From the NCBI GenBank assembly GCA_963693055.1, contig OY843751.1, forward strand, positions 6,336,001 to 6,400,000: DNA of 64,000 bases, given 5' to 3'. The notes under the pieces were generated by a model. The model saw only the letters and a list, made by a program, of their open reading frames with translations, did no database searches and was not told where the DNA came from. How positions within the stretch are numbered: position 1 is the stretch's first letter; each line of letters opens with the position of its first letter. Shown in pieces: positions 30,381 to 41,462 of the stretch. The stretch is from a bacterium. Lineage in GTDB: Bacteria > Zhuqueibacterota > Zhuqueibacteria > Residuimicrobiales > Krinioviventaceae. The position numbers and the translations under genes are program-made.

Positions 30381-32381
30381 TTATTGCGTAATTTTTATTT
30401 TATTTTCACCTTTTGATTTTAGTGATTTCTCTGTAAACAAGATGCGATATACTTTATCCTGCCATACACTTTTCAGCTGAACGTCATTTGTTTCGATAGA
30501 TTCAATGTCAATGGACAGGCTATTGTTATCGTAGGTAATTAATACGTCACGTGCGGCATTGTCTGTGCGATCTGCCAGTTTAATTCGGAGGGTACCTTTT
30601 TTATCAATGACCGGTTCAGCCCAGGTCATAAGTGTGTATTGCAGAGGTTTTTCTGACTTTTCAAGGTTGTATTGATCTACCAGGGTAATATCTTTATTAC
30701 GGTTAAAAGTGATCTGGCGCTTCCAGGATTGTACACCGGCATCTTTAGGATATGCTTTTGCCAGATTTAGTTCAAATTGAACCTGTTTTTTATTGCTTTT
30801 GTATTGAACATCCGTAGATTCAAATTGTCTGCCATTTTTTTGCATGACACCGTTGATGGTCGGCAGATTGTGATATGCCGATTGCATCGTCCAGATTTCA
30901 TAACGCTGCTCGCTAAATGTCTTTTTGGTATAGGTTTCAACACCAACATCAATAACAGCGGGGTATCCATCAGAATAAACTAGAAAATTACCTACATCAT
31001 TATGGTTATGACTTTCTTTATTGTGACCCCCTTTAGCGGCAAGATACAATCCTTTACTGGTTCCGGCTTGTGAGCGTGCGGTCAAAACCTGGAGATCATA
31101 AAACCAGTAACCAAGATCTGGTGTGAAAATTGGTTTTGTTTCGTTTAGCTCTTTCCAATTAAATATTGATGCCAATGACCTGCCAAGCCACATACCCGGA
31201 AAAGAAACTGGTTTGTTATCAGAGTATGTTTTGTGGAAATGATAAGCGGCAAAGCTTTGCATGATCTCGTCACCAATTGCTTTTCCATAGCGATAGGTGA
31301 TAAAGGGGTGCCCCCCGAATTTGGCGGGTGCGTCCGCAAAATTGATAAAATATCCATTATCAATATAAACGCGATAGATGTATCGTCCAATTTCTTGTAT
31401 CAAGGGTTGATCGGAAATATCAATTTTACCATTGGTAGCTGAGTAGAGCAGTTCAAGGTTGTCATAAAGTGAACCACCTGCATGCCCCCAATACTTGGGG
31501 CCTTCATCACATCCACCGTCTTTGGGGTAGGGATTGGTAAATTCATCCAAACAACGCATAATCTTGTATACAGATGCGACCCGTTTTTCCTGATCTTTTT
31601 CCACCAACAGTACACAGGTCAACCAGTTTGAACAGATCCAGGGGTTCCAGTTGTTTACAATGCGTTCCTTGTTTAGCCCCATCCACCAAAAATCTTCTCG
31701 TTCAAGGCAAACATCAATAATACGTCGTTCAATTTCGTATTCCAAACGTTCATTGATTAATGGTGATACCGTGTCTAATTTGTCTTTAAGCAAATAGTAA
31801 GTCCATGCCAAAATAGATCCTGTTTGTGCGGCGAACAGGTCAACCGTAGGTTCAGTAACATCCGGAAGGTTTTTACCCCATTTTTGAAAACCTACGTGGG
31901 CTGGTACTCCCCAGTAGGTTTCTTCGCAAATGGCCCAAATACCGTTGGCAATATCATCCAGAAATCGACCTTTGTTTTCCATACATTCGGCAAGGACCAG
32001 TGAGCCCAACATGTGCCTGCGTTCAAAAGATAACTCTTGAAAGTTGACACGGTTACCGTTTCTTACATATTCAAGAAAAACAGTTGCTGGCAGAGATGGC
32101 CATTCACAATTCAAGAGAGATTCGCCTTTTGTAACAATCCCTTTACGCAAAATTTCCGACAGCGAGTCCCATGCATCCCGTTCGGAACTGGTTGGCCTGT
32201 GATGCCATTCCTCAGCAGTAAGGAGCGCATTGGCAACGTCTTGCTGAGTATATGAACCGCTGAGCAAGTTCATCGGTTCATCACTAGCTACAGCAATAGA
32301 GCTGATAAAGAGAATGATAATATATATATTTATTTTTTTTGATAACAGTTTCAATAGTAACTCCGCATGCTTATTTTCCAT
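30381..32381 (-). CDS. Heparinase II/III family secreted lyase-like protein
   Basis: NNWNPWI, DGGCDEGPKYW, NFAD, KGGHNKESHNHNDVG, S.YHN; exact start uncertain (32381 overlaps the GH92 stop). Confidence 0.85.
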   Translation of the reverse strand: MENKHAELLLKLLSKKINIYIIILFISSIAVASDEPMNLLSGSYTQQDVANALLTAEEWHHRPTSSERDAWDSLSEILRKGIVTKGESLLNCEWPSLPATVFLEYVRNGNRVNFQELSFERRHMLGSLVLAECMENKGRFLDDIANGIWAICEETYWGVPAHVGFQKWGKNLPDVTEPTVDLFAAQTGSILAWTYYLLKDKLDTVSPLINERLEYEIERRIIDVCLEREDFWWMGLNKERIVNNWNPWICSNWLTCVLLVEKDQEKRVASVYKIMRCLDEFTNPYPKDGGCDEGPKYWGHAGGSLYDNLELLYSATNGKIDISDQPLIQEIGRYIYRVYIDNGYFINFADAPAKFGGHPFITYRYGKAIGDEIMQSFAAYHFHKTYSDNKPVSFPGMWLGRSLASIFNWKELNETKPIFTPDLGYWFYDLQVLTARSQAGTSKGLYLAAKGGHNKESHNHNDVGNFLVYSDGYPAVIDVGVETYTKKTFSEQRYEIWTMQSAYHNLPTINGVMQKNGRQFESTDVQYKSNKKQVQFELNLAKAYPKDAGVQSWKRQITFNRNKDITLVDQYNLEKSEKPLQYTLMTWAEPVIDKKGTLRIKLADRTDNAARDVLITYDNNSLSIDIESIETNDVQLKSVWQDKVYRILFTEKSLKSKGENKIKITQ

Positions 32382-34719
32382 TCGACGGTGGCAAATTATT
32401 GATATCACTTGCCCAATTTTTGTTAGGTTCAGGTCCCATAAAAAGTTCAAGGGTTCCGCCATTGGCAAAAACATCATGCCTGAACCAGCTTTTGTTCAAT
32501 GCTTCGCCGTTCAATGTTGCGGATTGGATATACATGTTTTCCGCGGAATTGTTTTTTGTTTTAATGGTAAAAGTGCTGCCAGGGAAATAATCGTTATTCA
32601 GGTGCAGGGTAATTTCGTCGAAAATGGGGCTGGTAATATCATACCAGTTATTTATAGCCGCACCACCATCTTCTTGAAATAAACCGATTGCCATCAGTAC
32701 ACCCAAGGCTCCCATTTGCCCCTGGTCTTCATCACCGTTGTAACCGCCATAAGGAGTTATGTCGCCAAAAGTTTGTTCTTTGATTAAACGTACCCATTTT
32801 TGAGTCAGCCAGGGAGCGCCACTATAATTGAACAGGTGGGCCATACCTGTTGCGGGCTGGTTTTCATAATCAACCCAGCTAATGCTGTGCTGACCATGTT
32901 TTGCAATAAACTTGTTTCCCTGAGCGCGTTCAAATGCGGCATTGAGAGAATCGGTATAGATCTCGGCTCCGCCAAACAACTCTGCAAGCCCTTTGACATC
33001 ATGGGGAACATAGTGTGTATAGATTGCCGAATTGCTTTCGCAAAATCCTATGGTATTGAATCCTTCACCCACGGGTTTGAAATCCGACAGCCATGAACCA
33101 TCCATATTGCGGGGACGCATAAAGTTAACAGAAGGGTCCCACAGGTTTTTATAATTTTGTGCGCGTTTGGTAAACAGATCATAATCTTCAGTTTTTCCCA
33201 GTGCTTTGGCCAGTTGGCCCAGACACCAGTCCTGATATGCGTATTCAAGGGTCATGGCTGCGCCATCTTTATGGTAACCCTCTCCTTCAAGACCTTCAGG
33301 TACGTAACCTCTGTTTACGTAATAGATCATACCACCGCCTTTGGGATTGGGGCCGTGTTCGTAACCTGCACGGTCACGAATTCCACCGGGAAAGGCATTT
33401 TTAAAAAGGCCGGCATACGCGGCATCTATATCCCAATTGCGAATACCTTTATTATAGGCAGTCGCAAAGATGGGTGCCGCGGGGTCGCCTATCATCACAT
33501 AGGTATAATTGCCTCCCGAGGGGCCACGGGGAATGAGTCCGCCGTTTTCGTACATATCGATCATGCTGTTGCAAAAGTCATCTACTACTTCCGGGTAGAT
33601 CATGGACCAGAGAATATTGAGGGACCAATGACTACCCCACCAGGCATCAAAATTGTAGTGATTGTGTTGTGGAGTGCCCTGCTCATTTAACGGGATTTGT
33701 TTAACAACGGGATTTTCACCGGTCATGTCGCAATACTTGCCATCTACATCACTGATGATTCTGCGGCCCTGAATGGCATGCCACAGGTCTGTATAGAATT
33801 TGACCTTTTGAGCTTCGGTGCCACCTTTGACCTCTATGCGGCTGAGCCAATCGTTCCATTCGTTAATTGCATCAGATTTTATAAGATCAAAGTCCCAATG
33901 GTCAAGCTCGGTATTCATATTATTTCTGGCGCCTTCAATGCTGGTATATGATATGGCTACTTTTAAAAGCACAGGTTTGTTTTTTTCAGTAGTAAAGCGT
34001 ATAAAGGCACCGGAATTGGGGCCTGCTATGGATGTGGTTTCACCCTCTACAACAACGCCTTGTTCCCAGCCACCAAATTCCTGCATGGGTTGATTGGTTT
34101 TTGCGACAAAATAGACAAACGTGGCTTTAGGTCTGCGGCGGGTAGGCCCCATTAAAGCCCAGCCTTCAATTTCGGTATCGCTAATCTTTTCTACATAGGA
34201 TTTTCTTGTAGGGCTGTGAGCCAGATAAGCGCCAGTATCAAAGAGAATGTAACTCTGGTCAGATTTAGGGAACAGGTATTTGTGGAATCCCACACGTTGG
34301 GTTGCAGTCAGTTCAGCGGTTATGTTGTAATCATCCAAGACGATTTTGTGGTAGCCGGGTTTTGCAATTTCGGTATCGTGCGAAAAAGAAGACTGGTACG
34401 CATCCATACCCAGGTGTCCTTTAAATTCGCCGGTGGTTGGCATGACCGCAACACCTGAAAGCTGCCAGGCGTGAATGTGGCTGAAACAACGCACCCTGGT
34501 ACTATCATACAAGTAACCGGAATTCCAACTGCCTTCTGTCTGGGTATCCGGACTCAGGTTTACCATCCCAAAGGGACGTGTGGCGGAAGAGAAAAAGAAC
34601 CAACGAGATTTGTGAGAGTCAACAAACGGATTTACATAATCTACAGGTTTTTTAGTTTTGTTTATATTGCTGCACCCAAGCACAGTAAGCAGCAATACCA
34701 AAATAAATTTTTTAAACAT
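32371..34719 (-). CDS. GH92 alpha-mannosidase family lipoprotein
   Basis: Lipobox VLGC; PFGMVNLSPDT, TLEYAYQDW, VPHDV, ENQP, GDEDQGQMGA. Confidence 0.92.
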   Translation of the reverse strand: MFKKFILVLLLTVLGCSNINKTKKPVDYVNPFVDSHKSRWFFFSSATRPFGMVNLSPDTQTEGSWNSGYLYDSTRVRCFSHIHAWQLSGVAVMPTTGEFKGHLGMDAYQSSFSHDTEIAKPGYHKIVLDDYNITAELTATQRVGFHKYLFPKSDQSYILFDTGAYLAHSPTRKSYVEKISDTEIEGWALMGPTRRRPKATFVYFVAKTNQPMQEFGGWEQGVVVEGETTSIAGPNSGAFIRFTTEKNKPVLLKVAISYTSIEGARNNMNTELDHWDFDLIKSDAINEWNDWLSRIEVKGGTEAQKVKFYTDLWHAIQGRRIISDVDGKYCDMTGENPVVKQIPLNEQGTPQHNHYNFDAWWGSHWSLNILWSMIYPEVVDDFCNSMIDMYENGGLIPRGPSGGNYTYVMIGDPAAPIFATAYNKGIRNWDIDAAYAGLFKNAFPGGIRDRAGYEHGPNPKGGGMIYYVNRGYVPEGLEGEGYHKDGAAMTLEYAYQDWCLGQLAKALGKTEDYDLFTKRAQNYKNLWDPSVNFMRPRNMDGSWLSDFKPVGEGFNTIGFCESNSAIYTHYVPHDVKGLAELFGGAEIYTDSLNAAFERAQGNKFIAKHGQHSISWVDYENQPATGMAHLFNYSGAPWLTQKWVRLIKEQTFGDITPYGGYNGDEDQGQMGALGVLMAIGLFQEDGGAAINNWYDITSPIFDEITLHLNNDYFPGSTFTIKTKNNSAENMYIQSATLNGEALNKSWFRHDVFANGGTLELFMGPEPNKNWASDINNLPPSNGK

Positions 34720-34735
34720 AATTGTCCTTTGAATA

Positions 34736-37039
34736 TTATTGTAAATTAGCATCGAGTTTGATTTTTTCACCTTTTTCAAGATCAAGCGTTGTAGAAATAT
34801 CACCATAGCTTACGGTACAGGATTGCCCTTGAAGAGATTCTATAGTGACAGATTTTAATGTGTTATCATTCCATGCCATGTTGACGATAAAGCCACCGCG
34901 AGCACGTAATCCTGATACAGAACCGTTTGGCAAAAGGTCAGGCAGGGCCGGCAATAAATCGATTTTGTTTTGATGGCTTTGCATCAGCATTTCAGCAATG
35001 CCTGCGGTAAAACCAAAGTTTCCGTCAATCTGAAACGGTGGGTGTGCGTCAAAAAGATTGTCATAACTGCCACCACGCTCGTTTTTCTTTCTGGCATCTG
35101 CTTCTGGGGTGAGTTGTTTACGAATTAACTGCATTGCATGGTTACCGTCTTTGAACCGTGCCCAGAAATTGATTTTCCATGCCAGGCTCCAACCGGTACC
35201 TTCATCTCCACGGAAGAGTAGAGATTGTTTAGCCGCTTTCATCAACTCGGGAGTAGACTCGTTGATGTCGTTGCCGGGATGTACACCCCACAGATGTGAA
35301 ACGTGACGATGGTGGTTTTCCGGATCGTCAATATCTTGCAGCCATTCCTGCAATTGACCATGTTTGCCAATTTGGTTGGGAGCAATCTGTTCGCGCATGG
35401 TTTTTAACGTATCTGCGAATGCTTTATCTGTGTCAAGAATGTCTGATGCCTGAATAACTGCGCCAAATAATGAGCGAATGATTTGATGGTCCATTGTAGG
35501 CCCTGCAACCAGGCCGCCGTTTTCGGGCGAGTTGGAAGGAGTACTGATCAGCCAACCGGTTTCTGGGTCTTTAACAAGAAAATCGACAAAAAAGGTAGCG
35601 GCGCTTTTCATTACAGGATACGCCCGGTCTTTTAAAAATTGCTTGTCGAGTGTATAGAGATAATGTTCCCACATGTGGGTGGTAAGCCAGGCGCCACCGG
35701 ATACCCAAATACCATGATTGGAATGGTTGATGGGAGCAGTACCGCGCCAGATATCAGTATTGTGATGTAATACCCAGCCCCGGCAGTTATAATGTGCTTT
35801 GGCAGTTTTGCTGCCGGATTCTACAAGTTCTTCTATCATTTCAAACAGGGCTTCATGACACTCTGGTAATGCGGTAACTTCAACCGGCCAGAAATTCATC
35901 TCGGTATTGATGTTTACCGTCCATTTACTGTCCCACGACGGTTCGTTTTCATAATTCCAGATTCCCTGCAAATTTGCGGGCTGGGTTCCGGGCCTGCTGC
36001 TGGAGATCATCAGATAGCGGCCATACTGAAAATAGAGTGTCATCAATTGGGGGTCAAAAGTGGTGTTGAATTGTTTTAATCGTTGATCCGTTGTTAATGC
36101 CATAGATTCATTTTTACCAAGATCCAGAGAAACCCGGTTAAATAATTCTGAATAATCCTTGATATGGGCGGATTTTAATGTAGAATAGGATTTGTTTTTT
36201 ATGGAATTGATTGTGTTGGTTGTAAGAGCATCGGGATCATTTGATACATCTTTATAGTTTTTATATGAAGTATTCAAGGCCATATACAGGGTTACATCAT
36301 CAGCATTTGAGACAGTGATCTTTGAATTATCGCCAGAGAGCGTACCACCATTGTTTTGGATCCAAAGTCTTGCCTGGCCTTTGAGAACACCATCAGCCAC
36401 TTTGACATTGAGTATATATTCATTATCAGAAACCGGTTGCATCTGTTTTTGCTGGTGCTCACTGTCCATACCCAGCGTGAATGAGACCTGGCCCTTTTTG
36501 CTGGCTGAAAGGTGAATGGCAATAACCTGATCAGGATTGGAAGCAATATATTCGCGATGATATTGTACATCACCTATCTGATAATCAACGCTGGCTATTG
36601 CTGTATTGAGATCAAGCTTTCTTGAATATTGGGTTGGATTCTCATGTCCCTCAAAATCCAGGTATAAATCACCAAAAGATTGATATGCTTTCTGACGCAG
36701 AGGACTGCTCATGAAATGTATCATTGCCAAATCTTCTGCCTGTTTTTGCTTGCCTTCGAATAATAATTTGCGAATACGGGGCAGATATTTGGCTGCTTCA
36801 GGATTTTGATATTCGCGTGGTTCTCCGTTCCAAAGGGTCTCTTCATTAAATTGGATACGGTCTGTTTCGGAACCGGCAAAGATCATAGCTCCAATGCGGC
36901 CATTACCAATTGGAAGCGCTTCTTCCCATTGTTCTGCGCCTTTGTCATATTTTAAAATCAGTTCCTGATTGCTTTTATTAAAACAGGAAATTGCAAATAA
37001 TATGCAAAAACTCAATAGTACAATACAGGTTTTCTTCAT
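34736..37039 (-). CDS. GH95 alpha-L-fucosidase family lipoprotein
   Basis: [53 protein letters not shown]. Confidence 0.95.
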   Translation of the reverse strand: MKKTCIVLLSFCILFAISCFNKSNQELILKYDKGAEQWEEALPIGNGRIGAMIFAGSETDRIQFNEETLWNGEPREYQNPEAAKYLPRIRKLLFEGKQKQAEDLAMIHFMSSPLRQKAYQSFGDLYLDFEGHENPTQYSRKLDLNTAIASVDYQIGDVQYHREYIASNPDQVIAIHLSASKKGQVSFTLGMDSEHQQKQMQPVSDNEYILNVKVADGVLKGQARLWIQNNGGTLSGDNSKITVSNADDVTLYMALNTSYKNYKDVSNDPDALTTNTINSIKNKSYSTLKSAHIKDYSELFNRVSLDLGKNESMALTTDQRLKQFNTTFDPQLMTLYFQYGRYLMISSSRPGTQPANLQGIWNYENEPSWDSKWTVNINTEMNFWPVEVTALPECHEALFEMIEELVESGSKTAKAHYNCRGWVLHHNTDIWRGTAPINHSNHGIWVSGGAWLTTHMWEHYLYTLDKQFLKDRAYPVMKSAATFFVDFLVKDPETGWLISTPSNSPENGGLVAGPTMDHQIIRSLFGAVIQASDILDTDKAFADTLKTMREQIAPNQIGKHGQLQEWLQDIDDPENHHRHVSHLWGVHPGNDINESTPELMKAAKQSLLFRGDEGTGWSLAWKINFWARFKDGNHAMQLIRKQLTPEADARKKNERGGSYDNLFDAHPPFQIDGNFGFTAGIAEMLMQSHQNKIDLLPALPDLLPNGSVSGLRARGGFIVNMAWNDNTLKSVTIESLQGQSCTVSYGDISTTLDLEKGEKIKLDANLQ

Positions 37040-37105
37040 TGAAATATCCCAGGTTTGTGATTTGTGGATTTACTGGTGTTAAAATAATATATTGTTTTTC
37101 AGGAA

Positions 37106-39205
37106 TCAATCAAAGAGAATTTGATAGCAAATATCCTTTTTTTGTTCGAATGATAATTTGCCATTCAATTGCGATACCATTGCGGTAATAATTTGATTAC
37201 TTGATTGAGAGGAAGTAAAATTTTCTTTTGTTTTATCATCCTGAAAAGAATAAGAAACAGATAAAGAGTAGTGCTTGTCATCTCTTTTTAAATGGATTGT
37301 AATACTGTCTGAATTGTTAGAGTGTTCAAGAGAATACGCATTGTTAATCAATTCAGTTATCAACAAACCGCAAGGAATTGCTCGATCCAGATCAATAGAT
37401 ACAGTCGTGATATTCATATATATTTTGGGTTTATTTTTTTGGTTTTGTGTAATGTGCTGTATGATACTGGAAATATAATCTGAAAATTCAATTTCGTCAG
37501 GTTTCTCTGTATTGTAAATTTTAGCATGGACCAAAAAGATTGCCATTATCAAATTTTTTGTATTGTTGAAAATGTTTCCCAAACTGGATTTAATTATGAA
37601 ACTTGCCTGAAGATTCAGCAAACTGTGAATGATCTGCATATTGTTTTTAACACGATGGTGAATTTCTTTTAATAATATTTCTTTTTCTTTTAATGATTTA
37701 TCCAGTTGTTTTTCGTTTTCTTTCATCAATGTAACATCTCGGATTGCTGCAATAACAACAAAAGTACTGTGTTGAGGATTATAAAAAATGCTGAAATTGG
37801 TTTCTCCCGTAAAAGTAGATCCGTCTTGTCGGACGAATTCAAGCTCAATTTTTTTCAATGATTTTTTTATTTCTATAGTGCTTAAAATTTTACCTAAAGT
37901 TTCTTTAAACGGATCCTGGATAAAGTCATATATAGTTTTGTCTTCAAGTGAAGAGGATTTGTTTTTACAAAATAATATTTTTGAATGCTCGGAAGTAAAT
38001 TGAATTTTACCATCTAAATTCAATAGTATAACTGCGTCTGGCGAAGTTTCAATCAGTTTTTTGTAATGCTGCTGGCTTGTTACCAATTCATGTTCTTTTT
38101 TCTTGCGGTTAACAATTATCAGGTATAAAACAAAAATAATAAAAAGTAAAAAAGAGATAATGGATACAGATAACCAGATAGCACTTTTGTGGTATTCATA
38201 AAATGAAAAGGGGCGGTTTAATATTTGACTGGAAGGGGGAATTAGGCTTAAAGGAATGTTGTGTTTATTCAGCAGATTGTAATCAAAAGAGTAGATTGTT
38301 GGTGTTTCTGGGATAATTGGAATATCTTGCGGTTTCTTACCCTCCAGTATTTGTATCATCAAGTCTACTGATTGTTGACCAACTTTTTTACCCTCTCGCA
38401 TTTTACCACCAATAACACCATCCCAGGTCATAACATCAGTCAATCCATATGTTGGCGCACTGCTTGTTTGGCAAATAAGAGGATACATTTTGTTTGTATC
38501 CTGAAAATGATTATTTTTATCTTTTGACCAATGAACCGGAAAGACAATTGAATTTTGGGGTAATACTGAAAGTGTGTCTAGTAATTGTTCAGTAGTTAAA
38601 TCTTTACCGTCAAGATATATAAATTGCAATTGAGGATACATTGACTGATATTTTTCAAATGCTTTTTTATGTTCTCTGCCGGTTAGTGTGTTTTCAATTA
38701 TAAAGTAGAGGTTGCGTGTATCTGGGTGAAGTTTAAGAATCAGATCAATATTTGACTTTACGTCAAAGGTTTCAAGAATACCTGTAAAATTATGATGTTT
38801 TAAAAGCTTGCTCGAGTCAACTGATGCAACGCCACAAAAAACTATTGGTGCGTTTTGAAATAATTTCTGATTATTTGTGGCAAAGTTAAAGGCGTTATCA
38901 TCGGAACATATCATTGCTGTCAGTTTTATATTTTTGTACTTTATACGATATATATTTTCCAGTTTTTTATAATACTCTGACTCGGTGTGTTTTTTTGTAT
39001 CCATGTATTCTATATATAAACGTATTTCTGGCAAGCGGGATAAAAATTCACTTTCAATGGAATTTGTAATATTATCTGACCATTGATACCCCTGGTGATA
39101 CGAGTTTAACAGCAATATGTTTGTTTTGTTTAAATTTTCTGATGCAATGATTGGTAAAACAAGCAAAAGTGAAAAAAGATAGAGATGTTTTATTTTACGT
39201 ATCAC
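37106..39205 (-). CDS. Sensor with periplasmic binding-type domain, PAS, HisKA_2 and degenerate HATPase (probable pseudokinase)
   Basis: LLNSYHQGY.WS, EYMDTK, EIHHRVKNNMQ; DNGIG and the G2 box are absent. Confidence 0.8.
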   Translation of the reverse strand: MIRKIKHLYLFSLLLVLPIIASENLNKTNILLLNSYHQGYQWSDNITNSIESEFLSRLPEIRLYIEYMDTKKHTESEYYKKLENIYRIKYKNIKLTAMICSDDNAFNFATNNQKLFQNAPIVFCGVASVDSSKLLKHHNFTGILETFDVKSNIDLILKLHPDTRNLYFIIENTLTGREHKKAFEKYQSMYPQLQFIYLDGKDLTTEQLLDTLSVLPQNSIVFPVHWSKDKNNHFQDTNKMYPLICQTSSAPTYGLTDVMTWDGVIGGKMREGKKVGQQSVDLMIQILEGKKPQDIPIIPETPTIYSFDYNLLNKHNIPLSLIPPSSQILNRPFSFYEYHKSAIWLSVSIISFLLFIIFVLYLIIVNRKKKEHELVTSQQHYKKLIETSPDAVILLNLDGKIQFTSEHSKILFCKNKSSSLEDKTIYDFIQDPFKETLGKILSTIEIKKSLKKIELEFVRQDGSTFTGETNFSIFYNPQHSTFVVIAAIRDVTLMKENEKQLDKSLKEKEILLKEIHHRVKNNMQIIHSLLNLQASFIIKSSLGNIFNNTKNLIMAIFLVHAKIYNTEKPDEIEFSDYISSIIQHITQNQKNKPKIYMNITTVSIDLDRAIPCGLLITELINNAYSLEHSNNSDSITIHLKRDDKHYSLSVSYSFQDDKTKENFTSSQSSNQIITAMVSQLNGKLSFEQKKDICYQILFD

Positions 39206-39240
39206 GCTAATATACCGCCTTGGGTATTTGTCTAAAATTG

Positions 39241-41370
39241 TTAACTGCTAAATGAAAATTGTACAATGGTGCCATTATTCCGTTGTACAATTAATTGTCC
39301 TTCAATCTGACTTATAAGTGCATGGATCATTTTATAACCAAATGTAGTAGAAGTTTCAGGGTTAAAGCCTTGAGGAATACCAATGCCATTATCTTTAACA
39401 AGTATGGAAAAACGATCGTTTGAAGTGTCTAGTGTAATATCAATGGTTCCTTGCTGGTTGTCTGGAAAGGCATATTTAATTGCATTGGTTACCAATTCGT
39501 TTAAAATTAACCCGCAGGGGATTGCTCTGTTCAAGTCTAAAAAGATATCAGGACCTTTGATGTCGAAAGAAAATAATTTATTGTCTGTATTATAAGTATG
39601 GCCCAAATCTACAATGAGGTTTTGAATATATTCTTTGAAATTGATTTCTGCCAGATCTTCTGATCGATACATTCTCTCATGTATGAGTGCCATAGACATA
39701 ACACGACTTTTTGTTTCCTGAAAGACTTTGAGAGAATCCGGATCGGGGATATATTTTTCCTGAAGACTAAGCAGACTACAAATCACCTGCATATTGTTTT
39801 TAACTCTATGGTGTATTTCTTTCAAGAGTATTTCTTTTTCGAGTAGTGATTTTTTGATCATATCTTCATATTCTTTACGCCCCGAAATATCTCTTACAGT
39901 TGCAATTATTGCATTGGGTTTGGAATCTATACCCATTATATAACTTGCGTTTATTTCTCCTATAAAATAAGAATTGTCTGCACGTTTAAAGAGAATCTCT
40001 TTATTACGAACTGTTTTTAAATTTTTTAATTGTGAATAAAAATTGTTTATCTCGTCTAAATTTTTCTTTTCAATAAAGTCTGATATTTTTTTATTCTCTA
40101 AAACATGATCAGAAGGCAGGTTGAACATAGACCATGTATGATCTGATGCAAAAAGAATAGTTCCCACAAAATCCAGCATAATAACAGATTCCGGTGCGGT
40201 TTCCACAAGCGTTTTGTATTGCATTCTGCTTTGTCTTAATGCTTTCTCGGTTTTATGACGGGAAATGATGTTTATGATCAAAAATGCTATAATAAAAGCC
40301 AGTATTGTATTAATTGATATTGCAATCCAGATGACGCTTTTGTGCTTTTCATAAAGAGATATGGGTTTGTTGATGATTATACTATTGGCGGGAATGAGGT
40401 CTGTATTGATTTTATATTTTTTTATCATCTGATAATCGAGCATGCATGGATTTTGAGTATCTACAATAATTGGAATGTTTTCAGGTTTTTCTCCATTCAA
40501 TATTTTCAATGTCAGTATTGCTGCCATTTCTCCCTGATTAAAACCACTGTTAAGCATACCCCCAATTACCCCCATTCCCATCATAATTTCACCGGTGCTG
40601 TAAACGGGTACATTGCTGCTGTTAACAATAAGGGGATATATGATTTCATTATCAAAAACCTCTCCTGAAGCGTCACGCATCCAGGTCAGTGGTAGCAGGG
40701 CAGAGTGTTCCGGAAGTTGTTTGAGTTTATCAAGCAGTTGATAGGTTGTTAGATATCTTCCATCAAAGTATTTGAAATTGATGTTGGGGAAATGCTGTTC
40801 CTGACTTTCAGTGGCTTCTTTTTGGGAAACACCTGTGATTGTGTTTTCAGTGACAATATAGAGGTTCTCAAGATCGGGATGGAACTTGTTAATTAGATTT
40901 ATAGTTGCCTGAATATCAAGATGTTCAATAATGCCGGTAAAATTTTTGTGATTTTCAATATACTGTTGATCAATTTTTCCAACACCACAAAAAACAAAGG
41001 GTATGTCTTTGAACAGGTCATCATAATATTTCAACATGAACTGAAATGCATTATCATCCGAGCAGACAATAATATCCGGTTTGTTGTTATGATATTTATA
41101 ATAATAGAGATCAACAAGAGATTGATAATATTCATCACTCTTGAACTGTTTACTATCCATATATTCTATGGATATAATGGGATTTTGGAAGGCATTATTT
41201 ATTTCGTATTGAAAACTTTTTACTATATTGTCAGACCATTCGTATCCCAAATAGTAAGAGTTTAAAAATAATATGTCCGGATCTTGATTGGCGAGAGAAG
41301 AGAAAGGGAGTGCGAATAGTGCTATCAATACCAGAAAAAATTTAATGGTTTTTTTGAAAAATAGATCCAT
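39241..41370 (-). CDS. Sensor histidine kinase (periplasmic binding-type domain-PAS-HisKA_2-HATPase)
   Basis: LNSYYLGY.WS, EIHHRVKNNMQ, ELVTNAIKYAF, DNGIG. Confidence 0.9.
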   Translation of the reverse strand: MDLFFKKTIKFFLVLIALFALPFSSLANQDPDILFLNSYYLGYEWSDNIVKSFQYEINNAFQNPIISIEYMDSKQFKSDEYYQSLVDLYYYKYHNNKPDIIVCSDDNAFQFMLKYYDDLFKDIPFVFCGVGKIDQQYIENHKNFTGIIEHLDIQATINLINKFHPDLENLYIVTENTITGVSQKEATESQEQHFPNINFKYFDGRYLTTYQLLDKLKQLPEHSALLPLTWMRDASGEVFDNEIIYPLIVNSSNVPVYSTGEIMMGMGVIGGMLNSGFNQGEMAAILTLKILNGEKPENIPIIVDTQNPCMLDYQMIKKYKINTDLIPANSIIINKPISLYEKHKSVIWIAISINTILAFIIAFLIINIISRHKTEKALRQSRMQYKTLVETAPESVIMLDFVGTILFASDHTWSMFNLPSDHVLENKKISDFIEKKNLDEINNFYSQLKNLKTVRNKEILFKRADNSYFIGEINASYIMGIDSKPNAIIATVRDISGRKEYEDMIKKSLLEKEILLKEIHHRVKNNMQVICSLLSLQEKYIPDPDSLKVFQETKSRVMSMALIHERMYRSEDLAEINFKEYIQNLIVDLGHTYNTDNKLFSFDIKGPDIFLDLNRAIPCGLILNELVTNAIKYAFPDNQQGTIDITLDTSNDRFSILVKDNGIGIPQGFNPETSTTFGYKMIHALISQIEGQLIVQRNNGTIVQFSFSS

Positions 41371-41462
41371 CTGTTATTCTATTATATATACAAACTGGTC
41401 TGGTGTATTCAATTTTTTTCTTTTAGATGTTTTTCCAAATTTGAGTAAAGGTGAAAATATTT

